A stretch of DNA of 32,590 nucleotides. It comes from a virus. Lineage: Duplodnaviria > Caudoviricetes. Below are positions 8,177 to 18,082 of the stretch, piece by piece. The notes under the pieces were generated by a model. It was not told the DNA's origin and made no database searches. It saw only the letters and a list, made by a program, of their open reading frames with translations. Both the position numbers and the translations under genes were made by a program. The stretch's first letter is position 1. Each line of letters begins with the position of its first letter. The stretch is taken from IMG/VR virus record IMGVR_UViG_3300020043_001384, positions 1 through 32,590 of that record. One strand, written 5' to 3'.

Positions 8177-9103
8177 TTAGGAAGCTACACACGCACCCCA
8201 GAATACAATCTGAGTAGGGTTAGTGATGAAGAATCCAACTTTATAGTCTGCTCTTGCTCCGATAGTACGGTCAAGTGTAGTCTTAGAGAAGTCAACAATC
8301 TGCAAAGAATCGATGTCACCTTCAGCATCCAAAGCGTAGATGAAGTTGTTAGGGTCTGACAACAAGATAGTGTCATTAGGTAGACCATATTCAACATCCA
8401 TAGGAATATCCAAGAACGTCAAGTTCAAAGCTGCTGTAGTGTAGTTGATAGTGTTAGCAGAAGCTGTAGCAATACGGTAAGCAGTAGCTACATTCTGAGA
8501 TACCTTAAAGCGTACAGAAGTTGTAGGAACTTCATTTGGCAACAAAGAAAGAACGTCTCCAAGATCGTCAACAACCGTAGAAGCTGTAACGCTACCACCT
8601 GCTGCACGGATAACTCCGTTCAATCCACAAAGACGCTTTAACCATCCGTCACACTTGTCTAGAAGAGTATCCTCAGAATCTGTGTCACCTTGCCACATCA
8701 ACTTAGCTAGTTCTTCGTGCGCTTTGTTAGCCATCTGCTCGTAGAAGTAAGCCATAAAAGAAGCTACCGTAAAATCAGAGTTAGACCCTTTAGCCATTTG
8801 GTCAGCTAACCAAGTCTGCTCTAGTTGGTACTGACATACTGAAGTTTGAACAGACAACGGACATACGTCGATTTCGATTGCAGAAACCGTAGAATCTGTA
8901 GGAGTGAATGCACAATCAGCAGTTTGAGTAAGCTGAGAGAACAATACGTTTGCAATCTTTGTCTTGTTTTTTACACCTGCAAGAACTCGGTAAGAACCTG
9001 CTGCGTTTTCCATTCCGTAAAGTCTTGCGTAGAACTCTATCGGGTTTGCCTGAAGTAGAGCAGAGCTGTCTACGTTAAGGTCAAATTTGTACTTTTTAGC
9101 CAT
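8177..9103 (-). CDS. Major capsid protein
   Basis: 308 aa after protease/scaffold, WQGD...DGWLK motif, followed by terminator. Confidence 0.85.
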   Translation of the reverse strand: MAKKYKFDLNVDSSALLQANPIEFYARLYGMENAAGSYRVLAGVKNKTKIANVLFSQLTQTADCAFTPTDSTVSAIEIDVCPLSVQTSVCQYQLEQTWLADQMAKGSNSDFTVASFMAYFYEQMANKAHEELAKLMWQGDTDSEDTLLDKCDGWLKRLCGLNGVIRAAGGSVTASTVVDDLGDVLSLLPNEVPTTSVRFKVSQNVATAYRIATASANTINYTTAALNLTFLDIPMDVEYGLPNDTILLSDPNNFIYALDAEGDIDSLQIVDFSKTTLDRTIGARADYKVGFFITNPTQIVFWGACVAS

Positions 9104-10053
9104 TACTTTAAAAAATTAATTACGTTGTTAAACTTTTGTTGAGACGACATTTTCATTTCTACTTCTTCAGCAGGCTCAACCTCTGCTGTTTCAGCTAGTT
9201 CATTCTTTAGGTCAGCTATAACTTGCAAAACCTCAGCTATCTTTTCGTCAATCATAGGAGTAACAATAGCCATAATTGCCTCTGCATCAGCAGCAGGGTC
9301 AACAGCCATTTCTGTAGCGGGAGTCTCTTCAGCCATTGCGACCTCTTCTTCTACTACTACTTCTTCTACAACTTCAGTTTCTACTGGAGTTTCTTCAGCC
9401 ATAGCTACCTCTTCAGCTTCTTTCACTTCGATAACTTCTCCGTCTTTTACGACATAGATTTTACCTTCGATCAGATGCTCTCCGTCAGGTAGTTGCATAT
9501 ATTTGTATTTATGGTTGCTTAGTTTCAGACCTAAAAACCCTTCAATAGAAAATCCAACAGCGTTGTTTTCTACTAGGGAATTATAATAGTCTGTATCGGT
9601 TACCTGTGCTGTAACCATTAATGTACCTTTAGGCACGTCAATACCAAAGGTTGTTTTAGCTTTGTCTGTGTTTGGGTTGTCTACTAGCCAGGCCTCAAGC
9701 AAGTAAGCCGGTACTATCTTCTCTCCTTCGTGTTCAAGATTGAATAAGTCCCTATTATTAAGGTCTTGCATAAAGTCTTTGAAGATCGTGTCAATCTCCT
9801 GCTCTGTAAACTCTACATAGTACTCACCCATCTCATCATCTCTACGATAAATCTCCATAGGAATCATAGCAGGCGCAGTAATACGATACTTTTTATCGTC
9901 TGCGAAAGCTAGTTTTTTCTGAGATGAGAAAGCAACACCCTTAACCATTACGGCAGGGTTCGCAGTAAATGCAATAGCGTCTATCCCGAGTGGCTCTGTG
10001 CCATCGTTATAGTCTTCGTCTATTGTTATTTTGTAGGTTGGAAGTTCCTCCAT
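9103..10053 (-). CDS. Prohead protease (XkdF-like) fused to acidic scaffold
   Basis: PAMIP, NLEH, ESW-like EAW, GFSIEG protease motifs; Glu-rich C-terminal half. Confidence 0.82.
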   Translation of the reverse strand: MEELPTYKITIDEDYNDGTEPLGIDAIAFTANPAVMVKGVAFSSQKKLAFADDKKYRITAPAMIPMEIYRRDDEMGEYYVEFTEQEIDTIFKDFMQDLNNRDLFNLEHEGEKIVPAYLLEAWLVDNPNTDKAKTTFGIDVPKGTLMVTAQVTDTDYYNSLVENNAVGFSIEGFLGLKLSNHKYKYMQLPDGEHLIEGKIYVVKDGEVIEVKEAEEVAMAEETPVETEVVEEVVVEEEVAMAEETPATEMAVDPAADAEAIMAIVTPMIDEKIAEVLQVIADLKNELAETAEVEPAEEVEMKMSSQQKFNNVINFLK

Positions 10054-10059
10054 TTAAAC

Positions 10060-10086
10060 TAATTGTAATTCGTTTAATATTTTGTT
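10060..10086 (-). promoter_or_regulatory. Late promoter AACAAA-N13-TACAATTA (copy 2)
   Basis: Exact motif 6 nt upstream of protease ATG. Confidence 0.8.
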
Positions 10087-10108
10087 AGTTTTTTAACGAA
10101 TATTTTTT

Positions 10109-10116
10109 TATCTTTG
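10109..10116 (+). promoter_or_regulatory. Host-type -7 box TATCTTTG for the plus-strand gene pair
   Basis: Matches TAnnTTTG, 17 nt upstream of ATG 10134. Confidence 0.55.
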
Positions 10117-10133
10117 GGTAAAATTTTATAATT

Positions 10134-10691
10134 ATGGTAAATATTGCAGGGTATGATATACCAAATGAACCGCACGAATTGACCGTTGAGCAGTTCGATA
10201 AGATTAACTTTATCACATCTAACCAGGAACTAGATGAGATAGAAAAGTGGATAGAGAAATTCAAGTACTTAGGAGTAGACGAATCCGTGTTTGATGATAT
10301 GCAAATGGAAGAATTTTACCAACTTATCGCAGACTGGAATGATCAACCGCCACACCCTAAAGACAAAGTGCTTAACATAGAGATAGAAGGCTATACTTAC
10401 GAGGCTAAAGAGTCTATAGGAGTTCGTGACTTAGGAATGATAGAGAAAGTGTGGAAACAGAATAACGGAAACTTCGCAGCTGAGACGTTGGCAATTATCT
10501 ATAAGCGTGCTGACCTTAGTAAAACAGAACACTACGCACCCGCTCACATTAAACATAAAACAGCTTTGTTTAAGAAACAACCTTCATCGCTAGTGATTCC
10601 GTTTATCATCGAAGTACTTGAGAAGCTAACCAAAACAACACAACAGATTAAAGATGCAGTTACCGAAGAACTGGAACAGCCTAACAACTAG
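10134..10691 (+). CDS. Hypothetical protein, possible tail assembly chaperone
   Basis: 185 aa acidic ORF with A-rich start region; IPNEPHELTVEQF resembles N-terminus of next ORF. Confidence 0.6.
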   Translation: MVNIAGYDIPNEPHELTVEQFDKINFITSNQELDEIEKWIEKFKYLGVDESVFDDMQMEEFYQLIADWNDQPPHPKDKVLNIEIEGYTYEAKESIGVRDLGMIEKVWKQNNGNFAAETLAIIYKRADLSKTEHYAPAHIKHKTALFKKQPSSLVIPFIIEVLEKLTKTTQQIKDAVTEELEQPNN

Positions 10692-11382
10692 TCAATTTAT
10701 TGAGTTGAAAGCATTGAAAGAAGAGGACTTTGGTTCTCTTTTTTTATATAACATTGAGGTGCTTAGTATCGTAACAGATACCGACCCCGAAGAACTAGAA
10801 GACCTAGAGCCTGAAGAGTTGGTAGATTACATCTATCAATTAAACTTTCTGAGAAGAGAACCGTCAAAGTCAGCAACCGAAAAGATAAACGATTTACATT
10901 TTAAGCCGTTCATCCTTTTGAAGCTAGGCGAGTTCATAGATTTAGAGTATTATTTCTCTAACGACTTTGTCACAAATTTAACCAATATTTGTGCTTTATG
11001 TTATAGGAAAAAGTCAGTTAATGAATGGGGAGTAGAGACGTTTGAGCCTTATGTTTTTAATCCCTCTGATCGTGCTGACCTATTCGAACACGAAACCATA
11101 ACCAAAACCTACGGAGTAATTCCCGAGTATCTTAAATTCAGAGGTGAGTTAATGCAGTCTTACGAAAATCTATTTATGCCTGACGTTGATGAGTCCGGTG
11201 AAGACCTAGACCCCGAAGACTTGAAAGAAGAACAAGAAGAACAGAGATTTAAAAAGTGGGGTTGGGAAAAGGTTATTTATGACTTGGCAGGCGAAGACAT
11301 AACAAAGGCAGACCAAATAACTGACCTGCCTCTTATAATGGTACTCAACTTTATGAGTATGAAGTATGAGTTAAAAGTTTAA
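10654..11382 (+). CDS. Hypothetical protein, paralog-like of upstream gene, possible tail assembly chaperone
   Basis: 242 aa; LPKNWNSLTTSQF, LGEFIDLE, KWGW..IY.LA motifs. Confidence 0.6.
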   Translation: MQLPKNWNSLTTSQFIELKALKEEDFGSLFLYNIEVLSIVTDTDPEELEDLEPEELVDYIYQLNFLRREPSKSATEKINDLHFKPFILLKLGEFIDLEYYFSNDFVTNLTNICALCYRKKSVNEWGVETFEPYVFNPSDRADLFEHETITKTYGVIPEYLKFRGELMQSYENLFMPDVDESGEDLDPEDLKEEQEEQRFKKWGWEKVIYDLAGEDITKADQITDLPLIMVLNFMSMKYELKV

Positions 11383-11813
11383 AAGTCAAAGAACCCGTTC
11401 CATTTTCCTGACTCATCTCCGTAAAGGTTGTATTTAATATTTACTTTGAGTTTGTCTACTGCAATACGCCCTACGTCAAGGATTGGATAGTTTGCAAGCA
11501 TCCATTCAACATATGCGTCTACGCATTCTTTCTGAAACTGCTGACCAAGTGGAGAAGCTAGTGCATCTTGAGTAATATCGTAAGGGTCAATTATACCACC
11601 ATTCCAAAGGTCTGCACCCTTGTCTAAAAACATATAGTAATAAATAGCGTTTATGGTAACGTATAACTGATTCAAGTCACCTGTAGTAGACGATACACGC
11701 ACAGAGTCTTTTAGTGCATATGTATCTACTAGACCTTTCGCTTGAATCTGCTGTTGAATAGCACGTTGAAGTTTTGCCCTTGTCTTATATCCTACTTTAA
11801 ATTGCTTTGCCAT
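11379..11813 (-). CDS. Putative neck/tail completion protein (HK97 gp10-like)
   Basis: GLVDTYALKDSV and YYMFLDKG motifs resemble the TG.L..SI / Y..F.E.G pattern. Confidence 0.5.
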   Translation of the reverse strand: MAKQFKVGYKTRAKLQRAIQQQIQAKGLVDTYALKDSVRVSSTTGDLNQLYVTINAIYYYMFLDKGADLWNGGIIDPYDITQDALASPLGQQFQKECVDAYVEWMLANYPILDVGRIAVDKLKVNIKYNLYGDESGKWNGFFDF

Positions 11814-11822
11814 ATGTTAAAA

Positions 11823-12128
11823 TTACAAAATAATACTAGCTGAATAACCCATCTCTATGAATCTATCTTTAGTATAGTTCAAAGCTACTAACAAAGATTG
11901 CTCTTCAGTAGCTAAGATAGTAAAGCTAAACTCCATAGAATGAATCGATGTATGTACGCAGTCATTAGTTAAAAAGTGAGCGTGGTCTAAATACGTCTTG
12001 TAATTAACTGATATGGTCAAGCCGTCAGGATGTGCAACGAATTCAATGCGTGCATAAACAGAATCGAGTTCAATATCCGTTCCGTGTACTTTTATCAGTT
12101 CCGTGTTTGGTTGTAGTAGTATTCCCAT
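11823..12128 (-). CDS. Hypothetical protein, possible tail fibre chaperone
   Basis: 101 aa ORF coupled to tail fibre stop. Confidence 0.5.
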   Translation of the reverse strand: MGILLQPNTELIKVHGTDIELDSVYARIEFVAHPDGLTISVNYKTYLDHAHFLTNDCVHTSIHSMEFSFTILATEEQSLLVALNYTKDRFIEMGYSASIIL

Positions 12129-13510
12129 TAATTAATTCTTTTATATCTTAATATTGAACCCTTATTTGTTCGTGATGTTCGCCCTGCTGCTGCCGATACA
12201 TTACAAAACTGATATTTAAAGGTGGCATTTGCCGTACACGAAAAAGCAAATTGAAAACGAGGTGAATGTAAGTAATCAAAGTTTGCTGAGTTCACTCCGA
12301 ATACAAAACCACTTGAAGCAGCCGAAGCCGACACCAAAATTAAAACGGTTTGAATTGCACCTGCAGCACTCATTCCGACATATTGACCTTGTCCCTGCAT
12401 TGTTCCCCCATTTAATTGAAATCTACTTTGATAATCTCCCGTTGTGTTATTTCCAGAATAACAAAGGTCTAATTCAACCATATAATAACCTCCTGCAACA
12501 ACGGAAAATTGAAGTTCTGTATCATCTTGAAAAACCACACTATTCGTCACATCTTGATTTGCACTCTTTACAATAGTAGTCCATCCTGCTGGATCGGTTG
12601 CCGTTGGTGTTGCCCAAGTGTTATCCCCTCGCAGAAAGGTTGTCGCTGAAGGTGTACCCGTTGCACTTAATTCAGTTAGTCCGATAGTTGCAGCATCGAT
12701 ATTCCAAACCGTTCCCGAACTTGAAACGGTTATGTCTCCTTTGTCTCCGTCAGTTAGTCCTATTGGTGCATTCGTGTTTTGCCACAGACCACTAGTATTG
12801 TTATACGTTAATATCTGACCATTGGTAGGTGAAGTAATTACAACGCCTTCGTCTTTGTTTATGTTACTGCCTATAGTAGGTCTTACTTGAATAATACCAT
12901 TTGCAGCAGCGTGAATAACAATAGCTACTAGTACAATGTTATTAGGCGCAGAAGGTACGGTTGTAGTGAAGCCACCTGCTACCGTAGTAGAAGCGTAAAG
13001 AATATCTCCATCTACATAAGCTGAAGTGTTTACGTTCTTGATCTGTCCGAAGTGCATAACCATTCCGTCCGCTCCATTAAGGATAGCCTCAGATGTTACA
13101 CCCATAACATACTCTGAATCAAAAGTACCATTAGCTAAAAAAGGCGTTATAAGAATCCTGCCACTAGAGCCTAACGTACCATTAGCACGAACTACCGTTC
13201 CTTTAGGTATAGTTACCCCTGTTTGATTTTTAGCTATGTAGAATACGTCCTCCATTATTCTACCCGTAGTACCATTCATTACTAGCTGTGCAGTATTGTG
13301 GTCTACGTCCCAAGATATAGTACCTTGAGTTGTAGGTGTTCCCGTTGGTGTAGTGTCTAATCCTATGAAGCCACCGCTTAGACCATACTCACCTAAGTCT
13401 ACGTTTCCTGTTGCACCCGTATAAGGTACACCTCCACCTCCCGTGATAGTTAAATCTCCAGTCCCCTTTATGGACTGCCCGTTAATTGTCTTTAATGGTG
13501 TATAACTCAT
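12128..13510 (-). CDS. Tail fibre / receptor-binding protein
   Basis: Gly/Thr-rich; KTINGQSIKGTGDL, PYTGATGNVDLG, DGDKGDITVS, TTFLRGDNTW fibre modules. Confidence 0.8.
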   Translation of the reverse strand: MSYTPLKTINGQSIKGTGDLTITGGGGVPYTGATGNVDLGEYGLSGGFIGLDTTPTGTPTTQGTISWDVDHNTAQLVMNGTTGRIMEDVFYIAKNQTGVTIPKGTVVRANGTLGSSGRILITPFLANGTFDSEYVMGVTSEAILNGADGMVMHFGQIKNVNTSAYVDGDILYASTTVAGGFTTTVPSAPNNIVLVAIVIHAAANGIIQVRPTIGSNINKDEGVVITSPTNGQILTYNNTSGLWQNTNAPIGLTDGDKGDITVSSSGTVWNIDAATIGLTELSATGTPSATTFLRGDNTWATPTATDPAGWTTIVKSANQDVTNSVVFQDDTELQFSVVAGGYYMVELDLCYSGNNTTGDYQSRFQLNGGTMQGQGQYVGMSAAGAIQTVLILVSASAASSGFVFGVNSANFDYLHSPRFQFAFSCTANATFKYQFCNVSAAAGRTSRTNKGSILRYKRIN

Positions 13511-13511
13511 A

Positions 13512-16448
13512 TTATATTATTATCCAATTAGCACCGTCTGACGCAATATTAATAGACTCATACTGAATAAGTGTTCTAGTAGTTGCTCCGTCTATTGTCT
13601 CCGTTCCGTCTCCATCTACGGTTATAACACCACTGCCTGAGTTCTTAATTATGTACTCAAGACCTTTGTTACCTACAGCAGTAGGAAGCGTAACCGTGAA
13701 TGTGTTAGCAGTGCAGTTAACAATATGATAAGAGTTATCAAGTGTAACCAAAGAAGAGATATTGTCAACGTGCTTCTGCCTTGCTGTAAGCGTTTCAAAC
13801 CTAGTGCTTTTGGTTTGTGCGACCTTTTTAGTTAAATTCCAAAATTCTAAGCCGTTTACATTTGCCGTTACATAGTTGTCGTTGAATGCGTAAATACTAG
13901 AACTTGACCCAAAGTATATCCAACTTTGAAGGTATGCACTATTATCTGTTGTAATTGTTAGATCATACCCTGCGGTGTCGTGGTTTCTGTTCCCTGTAAA
14001 AGTTAAATCAGCATTTGCGAAGTTCTGACCGGTTGTCGTGTCGCTTGAGATTATTCCGTCTTCTTCTAGTACGTTATTGTCACCTTCTATAAATCCTCTA
14101 GTAGAAGGCAGAGTGATGTTGTTAACTCCTTTGATTAATACGTCAGACCCTTGACCATAGGTATTAGAGTTTAGCGAACGCTGTCTAAAGATTTCTCCCG
14201 TAGCTTGAGGGTACTGGCTCTTGTTTGGTTTGTACGTTACGGGCTTCTTCTTGAAAGGTGCAAAGTCAATCTCTGTGTCAATACTCATTAACTCCACCTT
14301 TGTAAGTTGTCTTACGTTCGGATCGTAGTCAATCACTCGATTTATAAACCACCAATTATTATCTATTCTAATCTTATCGTTCAGTTTCAGGCTTTGTATA
14401 TCCGCTTCGTTCAAATCGAAGTAAGCGGTCAACATCTTACCCGTATTGATTTGGTTTACCGTTCGCCTCCAGTATAGGTTATAAAGGTTATTATTGGTTG
14501 GTTCGTAACCATCGTAGTAATAGTAGTCACAAGTAGCGAAGTTAATATCAAAACTAGGGTTTAGAGGATCGTCCCAGTGGTGGATTATAGGATAGGTTGT
14601 TAGCCCTGTTTGTCCAGTTGTGCCGTAGTCATAAATATTATACGGCTGACAAGTACCCACCCCACCATCGTGTAGAATGCGAATGTTTGTTTTTGGCGAA
14701 TATCCGTAGTACATAGGAACGTAAGCACCGAACACCGTTTGCATTATCGGAGTAGGTGAGAATAATAACTCTTTTGTGTCTACTCCTTTTACATATTCGT
14801 TGTCAAATGTAAACTCAACCTGGCCGTAAGTTTCTCTAAAGGTATCTTGGTAGATTTTATTAGGTTCGTCTGCGTCAGGCTTGTAGCTTAAAACAAGTTT
14901 CTTCGCTGCTAGTTCAGGTAGGAACTGAAGCACCTGCTCTCTCTCCTTTGCTAGTTTATAAGTCCAATCTCTCTCTGCGCCTGCATCGTAGTAATCGTCT
15001 CTATGTGATAGTATTAACTTGTTCGGCTCGCTAGGGTTTATCTCAGCGTACAAGTTGTACATCGTAAAGATGGACTTGATAAAATCCTTTTGCTTTACCT
15101 TCGCAGGAACATACCTATTCACGTTGATAATTGCGCCACTTGATAAGGTGTTAGAACTGATAGAAGCCCGAAGTGTGGAAGCCGTAACATCAAGCTGTAA
15201 GTTGACACCTACATCTGCACCACCTGTAGGAGAGTTAACGCTTCTCCATAGAGGCCTGTTAATACCACTCCAAGCACTAGTTACCTGAATACCAAAATAG
15301 AAAGTCAGCACATCTGCCGCTGCAAGGTTTGAAGTAGGAATGCTAAATGATTTGGTCAGGTTGTTGAATATAGTAGAAGTACCCGCTGCAACAGATGTAC
15401 CTTCATTCAAGACCGAGGTTTGAAACAACGTGCCAGATGATATTAAGTTAGTGCCATTCTTTCTTATTTGAACGAATGGTCTTAACACATAATTTTTGGT
15501 CGCAGCAGTAGCCTGCTTATCTACTAAATAAGCTGTAGAACCTGTTGAGTTAAATGCGTTAATATCGTAGTCAACGTCAAAACTGAATGTAATACTATCC
15601 CCTCCCGTAATAGCAAAAGGAACGGTATAAGTACCCGCTGCTGCTACGAATAAGTTTTGATTATCCTGCACCTCAGTGAAGTTCGTTACCTGACTACTGA
15701 AATTTGTAGCATACGAGTCGACATATGAACTGGTAACCGTTACAGCTTTAGTCTCTTCAACTATGTAGTCTGTATAGTCGTAATTGATAATGTCCCCATT
15801 GAAAGGAATCAATAACTTATCAAAGTGTGCAGCCGTTAATGTATTCCAAGTGTATTGAAATCCTGCGCCTTCGAAGATTCTATCAAAGTACGTCTTAGCG
15901 TAGATAGCAGGTCTTAACTCTTTTAGTGGATAGTTAACATCTGTAGTCGCAGGTAGTACATACTTCCATCCATTAGCTATCGTGTGACTGAAAGAGGCTA
16001 CAACATTAGCTGCTGTGATAGTGTGGTCTAGGTCGCTGAAGTCTATATCACTTAACTCCTTGTTGTCTATCTGAGTAAAGAAGTCCGCTTGTGAATCCTT
16101 AACCATAACCTCATACTCTATCTGCTCTTCAATGCTTGCTGTGTTCTGCTTCTTGTTTACGGCTAATAGTTGAAGTATTCCGTTCTCAATGATAGGCAAT
16201 CCGTTCTGAAGTACTATACACTCTGTTATGGTGTTTAGGTTGAATGTACCTTCTTGAATGTTTACATCATAGTAGTGGTTTAGAAGATCGTGATTATTCT
16301 TCGTGCCACTTAACGTAATAGTTTTTGACGTAGTACCCGAACGCTTTGAAACGTCACGAATCTCTGCCACTCCTAAATTGATAGGAAAAGCAGAACCATC
16401 TTTTACGTCAAGATAGCCTGTAGCTAGTTGTATAGTAACATTAGACAT
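13512..16448 (-). CDS. Large tail tip/baseplate hub protein
   Basis: 978 aa; SKTITLSGT..N N-terminus, C-terminal TVTLPTA...SDGANW fibre-type domain. Confidence 0.75.
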   Translation of the reverse strand: MSNVTIQLATGYLDVKDGSAFPINLGVAEIRDVSKRSGTTSKTITLSGTKNNHDLLNHYYDVNIQEGTFNLNTITECIVLQNGLPIIENGILQLLAVNKKQNTASIEEQIEYEVMVKDSQADFFTQIDNKELSDIDFSDLDHTITAANVVASFSHTIANGWKYVLPATTDVNYPLKELRPAIYAKTYFDRIFEGAGFQYTWNTLTAAHFDKLLIPFNGDIINYDYTDYIVEETKAVTVTSSYVDSYATNFSSQVTNFTEVQDNQNLFVAAAGTYTVPFAITGGDSITFSFDVDYDINAFNSTGSTAYLVDKQATAATKNYVLRPFVQIRKNGTNLISSGTLFQTSVLNEGTSVAAGTSTIFNNLTKSFSIPTSNLAAADVLTFYFGIQVTSAWSGINRPLWRSVNSPTGGADVGVNLQLDVTASTLRASISSNTLSSGAIINVNRYVPAKVKQKDFIKSIFTMYNLYAEINPSEPNKLILSHRDDYYDAGAERDWTYKLAKEREQVLQFLPELAAKKLVLSYKPDADEPNKIYQDTFRETYGQVEFTFDNEYVKGVDTKELLFSPTPIMQTVFGAYVPMYYGYSPKTNIRILHDGGVGTCQPYNIYDYGTTGQTGLTTYPIIHHWDDPLNPSFDINFATCDYYYYDGYEPTNNNLYNLYWRRTVNQINTGKMLTAYFDLNEADIQSLKLNDKIRIDNNWWFINRVIDYDPNVRQLTKVELMSIDTEIDFAPFKKKPVTYKPNKSQYPQATGEIFRQRSLNSNTYGQGSDVLIKGVNNITLPSTRGFIEGDNNVLEEDGIISSDTTTGQNFANADLTFTGNRNHDTAGYDLTITTDNSAYLQSWIYFGSSSSIYAFNDNYVTANVNGLEFWNLTKKVAQTKSTRFETLTARQKHVDNISSLVTLDNSYHIVNCTANTFTVTLPTAVGNKGLEYIIKNSGSGVITVDGDGTETIDGATTRTLIQYESINIASDGANWIII

Positions 16449-17847
16449 TTATAGCGTCAGTGTTTGCTAGTTTAATTGTGACCGTCTTTCTAATCAGCTT
16501 CTTGTTTCTTTGCTTCTCCACCTCAAAGCTATTGTCAGTAATAAGACAAGGATAGTAGCCTGTGTTCGTAACCAAGAAAGTCATAGGTGAAGTGATTAAC
16601 TGCTCAAAGTATTCTGCCATATCTTCTGTCATCCAGTTAGTGTTTAACTCAATTGTCTTTTCAACACTAGCTTTATACACCTTCATACCTTGCTCCTGTA
16701 CTAAGTACTGCCACCTTGAACCGCTAACATAACCTTCAAGCCTTTGGTTATAGGAGTCTCTACTTATTACACCTCTTTCATAGGCTCTAAGCTGAAAGGC
16801 AAACGAACTAAACGAGCCTAACCTATCTAAAAAGATTATCTGATAGTCCTCTACTCTACAACGTCTATCAATGTAAAATCTATATTTACGAGAATGCTGA
16901 GTACCTGCTGAGTTAGTATACCAAACGTCATACCATTCTGTGGTAGGTTTAATGTGGCCGGCTGAACCACTAACCACTATCGCAGGGTTTGCTGTTGCTC
17001 CGACGTTAGCTTGAAAGACATAGCTGTTAGCATTAGCTGCATACTTCAATACGTCACCTCCGCTATTCTGAAAGACTATAAAACCCGTGGTAACTCCTGC
17101 TGTACATAGGTTAAAGAATACCTCTTGTTCGTCCGTTATGTAGAAGGTATCAGGTTGATACGTTAAAAAGAAGTCATTGTTCATTGTGAGGATGTAGTTA
17201 TCCTCTCCGTATGAAGTGAAATCATTGTGAGTAAATGCACCATTAAAGACGTACTTGTTACTCTCCGTTATAATGTTTCTAGTGATGGTCTTTCTGTTGT
17301 CTGCATACTGCACCGTCCCGTCAATGGTTGCGTTCGTTACATCTGCCCATAAAGCACTGACCGTAAAATCAGTAGTACCCGTGATGCTTATCACCGTATG
17401 CAACCCTTCAAGCTGTGGATTAGCTACACCTCCATCTGCTTGAGCAATTAACACTTGATCTCCGACTTGATAAGAATGAGTAGCTGTTATCCTTACGTTG
17501 CCTGAATTATTTGTAAGAGAAGACGTATAAGCCACTCTAACAATATACTCTTCTCCTATCTTAACATCGTACTTGTAGAAGGAGTCAGTAGCTACAGCGT
17601 CCTCTGTTCCGTATTGAAATGTAAACGTAACCTTTGAACTCAACAACGGAGATAGGTCTAGTTCACCATATCCTGAGATGTTAGGTTGTACCCTATATTC
17701 TCCTATCTTGTTAGATGTGCCACTTTCGTAAACGTCAAAGATATACCTAAAGCCGTCTTCGTTATTGTTGGTAGAATCGTAGATAAACCGCAACGGGTTG
17801 TATGCAGGACTAAAGTCAAACGGCTCGGCTATCTTGGTCATTGCCAT
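16441..17847 (-). CDS. Tail structural protein (distal tail-like)
   Basis: 468 aa; FLDRLG.F..F, LNTNW, L..SP motifs; precedes hub gene. Confidence 0.65.
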   Translation of the reverse strand: MAMTKIAEPFDFSPAYNPLRFIYDSTNNNEDGFRYIFDVYESGTSNKIGEYRVQPNISGYGELDLSPLLSSKVTFTFQYGTEDAVATDSFYKYDVKIGEEYIVRVAYTSSLTNNSGNVRITATHSYQVGDQVLIAQADGGVANPQLEGLHTVISITGTTDFTVSALWADVTNATIDGTVQYADNRKTITRNIITESNKYVFNGAFTHNDFTSYGEDNYILTMNNDFFLTYQPDTFYITDEQEVFFNLCTAGVTTGFIVFQNSGGDVLKYAANANSYVFQANVGATANPAIVVSGSAGHIKPTTEWYDVWYTNSAGTQHSRKYRFYIDRRCRVEDYQIIFLDRLGSFSSFAFQLRAYERGVISRDSYNQRLEGYVSGSRWQYLVQEQGMKVYKASVEKTIELNTNWMTEDMAEYFEQLITSPMTFLVTNTGYYPCLITDNSFEVEKQRNKKLIRKTVTIKLANTDAINV

Positions 17848-18081
17848 TTACACCAAGTATTTAGGAAGTTCTACTTTGTTTACCCAGTCTACAATGTCAG
17901 AGTCCTCCCAAGAGTCTACATAGGTAAACCCATCGAATTGAACTCCGAACTCAGCGGATGGGGTTGTTAATAGTACGGATGCTGAACAAGTCTTTGCTCC
18001 GATGTTATCCGTTACGTTTACCACCTCCACAGAAGGGTCTGTTATCGTTACGTTGAATTGTGGGAATTTATATGTTGCCAT
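17848..18081 (-). CDS. Small hypothetical virion-associated protein
   Basis: 77 aa ORF tightly packed in tail operon. Confidence 0.6.
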   Translation of the reverse strand: MATYKFPQFNVTITDPSVEVVNVTDNIGAKTCSASVLLTTPSAEFGVQFDGFTYVDSWEDSDIVDWVNKVELPKYLV

Positions 18082-18082
18082 T

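Noticed and set aside
10627-10691. Programmed frameshift joining the two plus-strand genes
   Set aside because: Second ORF is in the +1 frame with its own ATG; no XXXYYYZ slippery site seen in the overlap.
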